Shown here piece by piece: positions 40,818 to 47,624 of a stretch of 64,000 nt of DNA. The notes below the pieces were generated by a model, which saw only the letters and a list, made by a program, of their open reading frames with translations, was not told the DNA's origin and did not search any database. The first letter of the stretch is position 1. The number at the start of each line of letters is the position of its first letter. Origin of the DNA: a virus; IMG/VR virus record IMGVR_UViG_3300033153_007262, positions 5,407 through 69,406 of that record. One strand, given 5' to 3'. A program made the translations under genes and the position numbers.

Positions 40818-40835
40818 AACAAAAGGGGGACTCAA

Positions 40836-41903
40836 ATGGAGAAGAAAATGTATCAGGAGGCGGACAATTTAGTATTGATTGTATCGGGAGGGATTGGCCG
40901 TAACATAATGGCGACGGCTGTCGTTCGGAATCTAAAGACGGCGTACCCGGACAAGGATATCATTGTTGTTGCCGGTTGCCCGGATGTGTTTTTGAAAAAC
41001 CCAAACGTCAAAAGGGTAATCGACATAGGCCGGGCGATGTATTTTTACGAGGATTATGTCGTCGATAAAAAGACCGCCGTACTTAATTTTGAGCCGTACC
41101 AACACTTCGAGTATTTGCAGAGGACGAAACATTTTGTCGAATGTTGGTGTAATCAAATCGGGATTCCGTGCGACAACGTGTACCCGGAGATGTATTTTAG
41201 CGACGCCGAAAGCCGAATGGCGAAAATATATGTCGAGGGATTTAATAGGAAGATGATTTTGATACAGCATTCCGGCGGTAAAATCCCGGAGAATAAAAGT
41301 GAAAAGGCGTTGATACAATCCCGTGCCGGGATGTATAAACGGGATATCCCCGAGGCGGTCACGCAGAAAATTGTCGATGAATTAGTCAAGCGTGGATATA
41401 TGGTCGGGGCAGTACAACACGAAAATCAATTTTTACCGAGGGGCGCCGAGAGGATATCATTTCCAATCCGGGCGATTGTAGCCCTCGTCCCTCACGTTGA
41501 AGGTATCATTGGCATTGATAGTTTTCTTATGCACGCCTCTGCGGTGTTTAAGAAAAAGATTATCGGTGTGTGGGGCGGGACAAATCCGAAGGTTCTTGGG
41601 TACCCGGATAATATAAATTTAACCCGGGAGGTATGTCCGAACCCGATGTGCCACCGCCCAAATAGTTATTTATTCGATATCGAGCCGACCGGGTACCTTT
41701 GGGATTGCCCGCACAACGATAAGTGTATGGCGTATGCGCCGGAGGACATATTAAAACCGTTGACGAAAATGATTGGAGGAGAGAATGGAAAAGTCAGAGG
41801 GACAGGAAAGCAAGACGAGGAATGCGGAGGAGATTGCGAACGTAAGCCCGGAAAAGTTGATGGCGATGCGAAGAGAGAAACAAGAGTTGGCAACATTACT
41901 TGA
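40836..41903 (+). CDS. GT9-like glycosyltransferase
   Basis: SGGIGRNIMATAV, FLKNPNV, IGIDSFLMHASA...VWGGTNP motifs. Confidence 0.8.
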   Translation: MEKKMYQEADNLVLIVSGGIGRNIMATAVVRNLKTAYPDKDIIVVAGCPDVFLKNPNVKRVIDIGRAMYFYEDYVVDKKTAVLNFEPYQHFEYLQRTKHFVECWCNQIGIPCDNVYPEMYFSDAESRMAKIYVEGFNRKMILIQHSGGKIPENKSEKALIQSRAGMYKRDIPEAVTQKIVDELVKRGYMVGAVQHENQFLPRGAERISFPIRAIVALVPHVEGIIGIDSFLMHASAVFKKKIIGVWGGTNPKVLGYPDNINLTREVCPNPMCHRPNSYLFDIEPTGYLWDCPHNDKCMAYAPEDILKPLTKMIGGENGKVRGTGKQDEECGGDCERKPGKVDGDAKRETRVGNIT

Positions 41904-41982
41904 AAAACAATATCAACAGGTTCTCGGTCAACTTGTCCTGATTGATGAATTGCTGAAACCCCACATAGGGGCCGGCAAGTAA
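41785..41982 (+). CDS. small coiled-coil hypothetical protein
   Basis: GGAGGAG RBS before ATG 41785; overlaps the low-complexity tail of the GT9 ORF. Confidence 0.5.
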   Translation: MEKSEGQESKTRNAEEIANVSPEKLMAMRREKQELATLLEKQYQQVLGQLVLIDELLKPHIGAGK

Positions 41983-41989
41983 GGAGGGC

Positions 41990-42394
41990 GTGATGCCCAT
42001 AAAGAAAGGCGAATCAGAAATGAATGGAGACCTCGGAAAAATATACAAGGCGGTAAATGAAGTCAAAACCGATGTCGAGGTCTTGGCAAAACAGCAGACG
42101 TTAAATCACACAGAAAATAAGGGTGATATCGAAGTTTTATTTGATAAGATTGGCAAGGTCGACCTCTTGCCTTGCGCCGTTCACGTTGAGAAATTTAGGA
42201 CGTATGACAAGAGTTTGGCGATTGGGAGTACGTGGAAAGTTGCCCTTGTGATTGTGTTCCTCGGTTTGATTATCGAGGCGGTGGCATTTGCGGTATCTTG
42301 GGGGCGTATAGTCGAATCCAACGAAGGGATACACCGGCAGATAAAATTATTACACCCGGCCCCGGCTTTGGAGTTCTCAAATGGCAATAATTGA
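41990..42394 (+). CDS. single-TM membrane protein (lysis-cassette type)
   Basis: GGAGG RBS; coiled coil followed by TM segment. Confidence 0.55.
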   Translation: MMPIKKGESEMNGDLGKIYKAVNEVKTDVEVLAKQQTLNHTENKGDIEVLFDKIGKVDLLPCAVHVEKFRTYDKSLAIGSTWKVALVIVFLGLIIEAVAFAVSWGRIVESNEGIHRQIKLLHPAPALEFSNGNN

Positions 42395-42764
42395 AATTGA
42401 CCGCCATATTTTGGCGCAAATTATTATGATACAGGAGAAGGTCAAACTGCTCCAAGTGGAACATAAAAAACAATGGGCGGTTATTCAGCAAGTCAAAGAG
42501 CGCACATACACCTTGTTGTTTGTTAGCCCGGATGGATGCAATGTAAAAACACCCGAATGCCAAAAGCGTATGGAGTGCCTGTTAAAGGAAGGCCGGCGAA
42601 TCTTAAAGGCAACGTTAAAAGCCGAAAGCGTATGCAATGAAATTATAAGAATGGAGGCAAAGCAAGAAGCCCTGATGACGCATCTGGTTTCTACAATCCG
42701 GGAAGCAGATACCAAGAAGGGCCTTGAGGCAACGGAGAATGGAAGCAGTAAAATTAACCCGTAA
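42381..42764 (+). CDS. hypothetical coiled-coil protein
   Basis: GGAG RBS; 127-aa ORF. Confidence 0.55.
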   Translation: MAIIEIDRHILAQIIMIQEKVKLLQVEHKKQWAVIQQVKERTYTLLFVSPDGCNVKTPECQKRMECLLKEGRRILKATLKAESVCNEIIRMEAKQEALMTHLVSTIREADTKKGLEATENGSSKINP

Positions 42765-42781
42765 AAACAAGGAGGTGCTGT

Positions 42782-43063
42782 ATGGAAGGATTATCATTGG
42801 GAGGACTGGACGTTTATAGTGCGGGCGGAATATTAGCCGTAGCGATACCGTTCATTGTTCAGCAAATAAAGAAATTGAAATTCATTGGAAATAAGAATGC
42901 GCCAATCCTCGCATTTATTCTCGGTCTTGCCGGAGGCCTTGCCGGGTACTTTACCGGCTTTGCGCCGGAGGGGATGTCGCTAATCCAATCCATCGTGTCG
43001 GGCATTGCGGTCGGGGGAACGTCCTCCGGGTTGTATGACGTAGCCAAAAAAGTCGGCACATAA
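42782..43063 (+). CDS. holin
   Basis: AGGAGG RBS; 3 TM; IVQQIKK...P....GI..G..SSGLYD..K motif. Confidence 0.75.
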   Translation: MEGLSLGGLDVYSAGGILAVAIPFIVQQIKKLKFIGNKNAPILAFILGLAGGLAGYFTGFAPEGMSLIQSIVSGIAVGGTSSGLYDVAKKVGT

Positions 43064-43079
43064 AATCAGGGAATCGACC

Positions 43080-43110
43080 GAGCCGGGGCATCAAACCCCG
43101 GCTCTTTTTT
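43080..43110 (+). terminator. intrinsic terminator ending the late operon
   Basis: GAGCCGGGG/CCCCGGCTC stem followed by 6 T. Confidence 0.85.
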
Positions 43111-43117
43111 ATGCCAA

Positions 43118-43281
43118 AATCCTCGTCGACAAACCCCCTCCCCCGACGACGACGCCCACACCGACGAGGAATTGAAAACCGCACAATTCGTCGACGAGGA
43201 ATCGATATTTCCGACCCACCACACACCCCGGGATTCCCGCCCAAAATGTCACATTTGGAGATTAAATACCTCAATCCTCGT
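43118..43281. repeat. short CGACGAGGA motif repeats (direct and inverted)
   Basis: CGACGAGGAAT at 43162 and 43192; inverted AATCCTCGT at 43118 and 43273. Confidence 0.55.
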
Positions 43282-43372
43282 AGAAATAGATTCGGGCCTT
43301 TCTGAGATGTTGTAACCCTTTGAAACTAGGCGACTTACGTCATTCCCCGTACCCCGCCCGGCCCGGTTTACC

Positions 43373-43401
43373 TTGCTTGTTATGATATATTATATTATAT
43401 T
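43373..43401 (+). promoter_or_regulatory. putative early sigma70-type promoter
   Basis: TTGCTT-17 nt-TATATT in an AT island within GC-rich DNA. Confidence 0.6.
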
Positions 43402-43875
43402 ATAAGTGGGACGGGGAGGGACGCCGAACCACCGGGACGGTCGAGGGCGAGACGCCGGGGAAAGAGAAGGCCGACAGGGATTGACAAAAAGGGAAGCGGA
43501 AACAGGGACGACCAGCCGGGGGAACAGGACGAGGCGGGCCGGACGCAAACCCTCAAGGACACGGCGGAATAAGACCCGGGAGCATAAAGGCGCAAGCCAG
43601 AAACCCGCCCGGAGGACGCCGGCTACCAAAACCGAGAGAAGCCAATAAAGTTTACGGGGCTTGAAAAAACTCAAACCGAAATCGGCGGAAGGTAGATTGA
43701 CCGAATCCCGAAAGGCCCGGTCAAGTGAAAGAGGCAGAGGATTGGAAAAGAAGCAATTTTCAAAAAAAGGTATTTTGCCATATGCCTTAAATAACAATAA
43801 TGGGAATGGCGGGGAACGGCGGTTGCCCCAAATTTTCAAACGCCCTTTTGTCCGTTAAGCCAAACGGAGTTATCA

Positions 43876-43947
43876 GGCGAAAGTCTACGGCCCTTACCCG
43901 GGCCGGTAGGCTCCGCAAGGCGGTCGTTCCCCTTGCGCTGATGAGCC
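43876..43947 (+). ncRNA. hammerhead ribozyme HH0, type II (predicted cut after 43913, CUC)
   Basis: GGC-GAAA-stem III (AGTCTAC..GTAGGCT)-C-stem I (CGCAAGG/CCTTGCG)-CTGATGA-GCC. Confidence 0.85.
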
Positions 43948-43955
43948 AAACGCAA

Positions 43956-44010
43956 ACCCGCTGATGAGACCGGGAGGCACGGTCGAAACGGTATAAAAAA
44001 CCGTCCGGGT
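43956..44010 (+). ncRNA. hammerhead ribozyme HH1, type I (cut after 44005, GUC)
   Basis: ACCCG-CTGATGA-GACCG/CGGTC-GAAA-CGGT/ACCG-TC-CGGGT. Confidence 0.93.
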
Positions 44011-44040
44011 AATAATGCCCAATAAAAACGGAGGTGCATT

Positions 44041-44379
44041 ATGAGAGTACAAATCGATGCAACAATTGAGAAAGCCGACCAGAAATTGGCGGTGGGAACG
44101 GGCCTGCAAGGATATTTCAGCCGAGGCACAACCTACAAAGCGCTAGTTGAAAAGTTAGGAAAGCCAAACGCCGGAGAATCAGGCGACGGCAAGGTCAAGG
44201 CGGAATGGATTGTCAAACTGAAGTTTCATAGGAAAGACCCCGGCATAATATTTACAATCTACGATTATAAATCGTCGGTTGCGCCGGAGGAGAATACCGA
44301 TTGGCACATAGGAGGCAAAGGTCAGGCAATGCTCGAAATCTTTTCCCAAGTAATGGGGATTGGGATTGAGAACGATTAA
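44041..44379 (+). CDS. hypothetical early protein
   Basis: GGAGGT RBS; DGKVKAEW...FTIYDYK...WHIGG common phage small-protein pattern. Confidence 0.8.
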   Translation: MRVQIDATIEKADQKLAVGTGLQGYFSRGTTYKALVEKLGKPNAGESGDGKVKAEWIVKLKFHRKDPGIIFTIYDYKSSVAPEENTDWHIGGKGQAMLEIFSQVMGIGIEND

Positions 44380-44444
44380 CCCGCTGATGAGCCGTTGAGA
44401 TTACGGCGAAACGCCCCGGGGCGCAAGCCCCCGGGCGTCCGGGT
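44379..44444 (+). ncRNA. hammerhead ribozyme HH2, type I (cut after 44439, GUC)
   Basis: ACCCG-CTGATGA-GCCGT/ACGGC-GAAA-CGCCC..GCAA..GGGCG-TC-CGGGT. Confidence 0.93.
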
Positions 44445-44473
44445 AATAATGCCCAAGAAAATGGAGGTGGGAA

Positions 44474-44989
44474 ATGGCATTAGGAACGAATTATAAAAGA
44501 ATCGGAAGGAAGCAAGACCTCATTTTGCGGATTCAAATCGCCCGGGTTGGACATCTTGGCGGGGTTTACGGCAAGATGACGAGGGACGAGGCGGTCGAAA
44601 GTACAAAAGGTTACAGCCGGAAATTAACGGTTGGAGAATTAGCCGAAATATTAAAACCGCTTGAGGCAATAGCAAAGAAGAAAAGGCCGACCGAAGGGAA
44701 ATGGAAATTCGTTTATTCCAAAGGCTTAACGCCGACGGCAAGGATTGTGTCGGTTGATTTGCTAAACAAAGGATACTCGGATTGGATTTGCGAGATGCCC
44801 TTTGGCAGTGAATCGGAAGCGAGGGAGATGGGCGGTAGCCACATCGCCAACGCCCGGTTAATAGCAAGGGCGCCGGAACTAATAGAGAAGTTAAAGGAGG
44901 CTGAAAAGTTTTTGAAAATGCTCGGCGTGAAAGACGAAATTGTTGATGAGATAAATTCATTAATAAATAAAGTTGAGCAGACGAGATAA
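44474..44989 (+). CDS. hypothetical early protein
   Basis: GGAGGT RBS; ANARLIARAPEL motif seen in many phage small proteins. Confidence 0.8.
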   Translation: MALGTNYKRIGRKQDLILRIQIARVGHLGGVYGKMTRDEAVESTKGYSRKLTVGELAEILKPLEAIAKKKRPTEGKWKFVYSKGLTPTARIVSVDLLNKGYSDWICEMPFGSESEAREMGGSHIANARLIARAPELIEKLKEAEKFLKMLGVKDEIVDEINSLINKVEQTR

Positions 44990-44990
44990 A

Positions 44991-45054
44991 ACCCTCTGAT
45001 GAGCCGGCGAGATACCGGCGAAACCGCCCGGGCGCAAGCCCGGACGGTCAGGGT
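44991..45054 (+). ncRNA. hammerhead ribozyme HH3, type I (cut after 45049, GUC)
   Basis: ACCCT-CTGATGA-GCCGG/CCGGC-GAAA-CCG..GCAA..CGG-TC-AGGGT. Confidence 0.93.
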
Positions 45055-45082
45055 AATAATGCCCATAACAAGGAGGTGCATT

Positions 45083-45538
45083 ATGAATAACACGCCGACA
45101 AAAAAGTATCTTCAAGAGAATGTTATTGTTGACGAGGTCAGCAAGAACAAGGCCGGCAATTTTATTTTTAGGGAGGGGTTCTTCTATACGCACGGGCGCA
45201 CGGCAAACAGCCACGCCGACAGCATACAGAAGCAACTTACGGATTTGGGATTTAAGAATTTCAAATTCGTCGACACCGGGGAGCATTGGAGGGAATTCAA
45301 AGGTGGCGCCTCGTTAAGAACGCAGTCGCATTGGTATGTCGAAGTTAAGTTTGACGCCGAGGAGCCGGATGTCACGGCGCCGGTTAAGGTTGGCGACAAG
45401 TTGTACTCTTGGGACGGTAAGATTGGAACGGTAAAGAAGATTCACGCTTTGGGCGATATGGCCGACGTGGATTTTGGCAACGGCAACATTTACGGAATTG
45501 CCTTTAGCCGAATCAAAGGTAGCAAAGTTGGAAAATAA
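45083..45538 (+). CDS. hypothetical early protein (start corrected to ATG 45083)
   Basis: AGGAGGT RBS; C-terminal SH3/KOW-like VKVGDK...G.V segment. Confidence 0.8.
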   Translation: MNNTPTKKYLQENVIVDEVSKNKAGNFIFREGFFYTHGRTANSHADSIQKQLTDLGFKNFKFVDTGEHWREFKGGASLRTQSHWYVEVKFDAEEPDVTAPVKVGDKLYSWDGKIGTVKKIHALGDMADVDFGNGNIYGIAFSRIKGSKVGK

Positions 45539-45604
45539 ACCCGCTGATGAGATTGTGAAAGTCAATCGAAACGCCCCGGGGCGCAAGCCCCCGGGCGTCC
45601 GGGT
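45539..45604 (+). ncRNA. hammerhead ribozyme HH4, type I (cut after 45599, GUC)
   Basis: ACCCG-CTGATGA-GATTG/CAATC-GAAA-CGCCC..GGGCG-TC-CGGGT. Confidence 0.93.
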
Positions 45605-45632
45605 AATAATGCCCAAAACAAGGAGGCGCATT

Positions 45633-45911
45633 ATGAAAAAGACAACGGGATATACGTCAAAGAAGGTTCACTATTGGCAGTTGAACCCAAAAGACCGGGC
45701 AACATATGACCGGCAAGAATCATTAAAAGAAGAAGGGGATTGTGAACGGTTTTATTTTTGGCTGTTCACCCCGGGCATCGGGTACCGGCAAATGGGGTAC
45801 ACCGAGGGATACAAAACGGTCGAGGCGCTAAAGGAACATTGCATTAATAATCGTACCGATTGTATTTACCGCATTACAAGGTCACAGATTTGTCTTTCAA
45901 ATAAAAGATAA
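45633..45911 (+). CDS. hypothetical early protein (start ATG 45633), paralog of 46416..46676
   Basis: AGGAGG RBS; ERFYFWLF...RQMGYTEGYKT. Confidence 0.8.
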   Translation: MKKTTGYTSKKVHYWQLNPKDRATYDRQESLKEEGDCERFYFWLFTPGIGYRQMGYTEGYKTVEALKEHCINNRTDCIYRITRSQICLSNKR

Positions 45912-45912
45912 A

Positions 45913-45970
45913 ACCCTCTGACGAGTCTTTGAAAATTAAGACGAAACCGCCGGCCCCCGGCGGTCAGGGT
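45913..45970 (+). ncRNA. hammerhead ribozyme HH5, type I (cut after 45965, GUC)
   Basis: ACCCT-CTGACGA-GTCTT/AAGAC-GAAA-CCGCCGG/CCGGCGG-TC-AGGGT. Confidence 0.93.
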
Positions 45971-45999
45971 AATAATGCCCATAAAACAGGAGGTGCATT

Positions 46000-46323
46000 A
46001 TGGTAAAACGAATCGATAAATTAAAAAAGTTGGTAGCGGAGTTTGAGTCCTTGCAGAAAAGGTACAAACATACCGGCGCCGACGACACCGAGCCGGACGC
46101 ACAGTTTCAGTTACGCTTGGTACAGTTTTATCAAGGGAATAGCGAGTTGCCGGCAAGAAGAGAATGGGAACTATACTCGGGCCATAAAAGGCACGACGAG
46201 GTTGCCGACCTTTTGACGGCGAAGTTAAAAGAAATCCGAACAGTTATTCACGGCTCGACGGATAGTAACCACGAGGAAATAAAAACATACCTCGAGGAAT
46301 ATGTTTGGAGAATAGATTTTTAA
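46000..46323 (+). CDS. hypothetical early protein
   Basis: AGGAGGT RBS; GADDTEPD motif. Confidence 0.8.
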   Translation: MVKRIDKLKKLVAEFESLQKRYKHTGADDTEPDAQFQLRLVQFYQGNSELPARREWELYSGHKRHDEVADLLTAKLKEIRTVIHGSTDSNHEEIKTYLEEYVWRIDF

Positions 46324-46388
46324 CCCTCTGACGAGTCGTTGAAAATTACGACGAAATATTCCCCGGCGACGCCGGGGGATATCAGGGT
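46323..46388 (+). ncRNA. hammerhead ribozyme HH6, type I (cut after 46383, AUC)
   Basis: ACCCT-CTGACGA-GTCGT/ACGAC-GAAA-TATTCCCCGGC/GCCGGGGGATA-TC-AGGGT. Confidence 0.93.
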
Positions 46389-46415
46389 AATGATGCCCAT
46401 AAAAAGGAGGACGTT

Positions 46416-46676
46416 ATGGAAAAGAAAAAGACGACCCAAACGTGGGAAATGACAAAGAAGGAATTGCGGGCGCAAACGTTGGACAAGTCAAAAGCAGAAT
46501 CATATGAAACAGAACGATTTTACTTTTGGCTGTTCTCGGAAGCCGGCGGTTGGAGGCAGTTGGGATACACCGAGGGGTACAAAACGGAAAAGGCATTGAG
46601 AGAAGATAATAAATATCATTTCGATAAGAAAGATATTATCCGCATTACAAAATCAACGATTATTAAAAGAGGCTAA
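46416..46676 (+). CDS. hypothetical early protein, paralog of 45633..45911
   Basis: AGGAGG RBS; ERFYFWLF...RQLGYTEGYKT. Confidence 0.8.
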   Translation: MEKKKTTQTWEMTKKELRAQTLDKSKAESYETERFYFWLFSEAGGWRQLGYTEGYKTEKALREDNKYHFDKKDIIRITKSTIIKRG

Positions 46677-46731
46677 CCCGCTGATGAGATTGTGAAATTC
46701 AATCGAAACGCCCGGCGACGGGCGTCCGGGT
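46676..46731 (+). ncRNA. hammerhead ribozyme HH7, type I (cut after 46726, GUC)
   Basis: ACCCG-CTGATGA-GATTG/CAATC-GAAA-CGCCCG-GCGA-CGGGCG-TC-CGGGT. Confidence 0.93.
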
Positions 46732-46760
46732 AATGATGCCCATAAAATGGGAGGTGTATT

Positions 46761-47237
46761 ATGAGCGAGAAAGCATATCTGAAAAAGAAAGGACGCCTTG
46801 AGTGTATGGTCGAGGTTGCAGAATCGGAGATTGAGTTTATAGACGGCTCAATCGAAAAGGTAAAAGAGAAAGCCGAACGACAAATCAAAAAGTTGTTAGA
46901 GATGTCCGGCAAGATTGAAGACCGCCGGGACAAATACAACGACCAGATTAAACAAATTGATGAACAACTCGGCGCTTGCCAGAAAAGAAAAGTTGCCAAG
47001 ACACAGGTACTTGCCGGCGAGGACAAATCGGTATGGGTGTTTTACGAAGCCTACGACTTTGTTGCCGAGGCAAAGATTGAGGCGCTTGGAAAGAAATTGA
47101 AATTAAAAAGAGAAGGAAGCGGTGGAGGATTCCAATCGTCAAAGAGAGATATCTCGTTTGGCCTCGGGGGTAACCCAAAGGAAAAAATCCTCAAAGCATT
47201 CCGTAAACTAAAAGATGTGACGGCAAGGATTTATTAA
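46761..47237 (+). CDS. hypothetical early protein, N-terminal coiled coil
   Basis: GGAGGT RBS; 158-aa ORF. Confidence 0.8.
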   Translation: MSEKAYLKKKGRLECMVEVAESEIEFIDGSIEKVKEKAERQIKKLLEMSGKIEDRRDKYNDQIKQIDEQLGACQKRKVAKTQVLAGEDKSVWVFYEAYDFVAEAKIEALGKKLKLKREGSGGGFQSSKRDISFGLGGNPKEKILKAFRKLKDVTARIY

Positions 47238-47238
47238 A

Positions 47239-47293
47239 ACCCTCTGACGAGTCCGTGCAACCCGGACGAAACGCCCCGGTGGGGCGTCAGGGT
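47239..47293 (+). ncRNA. hammerhead ribozyme HH8, type I (cut after 47288, GUC)
   Basis: ACCCT-CTGACGA-GTCCG/CGGAC-GAAA-CGCCCC/GGGGCG-TC-AGGGT. Confidence 0.93.
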
Positions 47294-47315
47294 AACCCAT
47301 AACAAGGAGGACGGA

Positions 47316-47531
47316 ATGAGTAAGCAACCACCGAGACCGTACTTCGGTACGGATTGGACAGGAAAATGTATCACGAGCAGTTATATGAGTGTCGAACGTG
47401 TAGAAAAAGAAATCCTAAGTCGATGGGGAGCCGAGAACAGGTGGGGCTACCGCCCCGGGACTTATAAAGTCATCGACGTGAAAAGAAATGTTTACAAGGA
47501 AATAAGAATTGAGAGAAGAGAAACCCTCTGA
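47316..47531 (+). CDS. hypothetical early protein
   Basis: AAGGAGG RBS; its TGA stop lies inside the HH9 core. Confidence 0.75.
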   Translation: MSKQPPRPYFGTDWTGKCITSSYMSVERVEKEILSRWGAENRWGYRPGTYKVIDVKRNVYKEIRIERRETL

Positions 47532-47588
47532 GGAGTCTTTGGAAATTAAGACGAAATATTCCCCGGCGACGCCGGGGGATATCAGGGT
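47523..47588 (+). ncRNA. hammerhead ribozyme HH9, type I (cut after 47583, AUC)
   Basis: ACCCT-CTGAGGA-GTCTT/AAGAC-GAAA-TATTCCCCGGC/GCCGGGGGATA-TC-AGGGT. Confidence 0.92.
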
Positions 47589-47624
47589 AATAAAATCCAT
47601 AACAATTTAACACAGGAGGTGTCT

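Noticed and set aside
19030-42690. Other CTGATGA occurrences (near 19037, 24342, 25368, 39383, 42672)
   Set aside because: They are inside CDS and lack stem II, the GAAA and paired stems I/III.
43481-43510. TTGACA in the early leader as a promoter
   Set aside because: No -10 element at 16-18 nt spacing.
44999-45632. ORF-track N-terminal extensions of the 44999 and 45474 ORFs (also 47992 and 48540)
   Set aside because: They run through ribozymes, hairpins or upstream genes. Strong SD sites define starts at 45083, 45633, 48121 and 48582.
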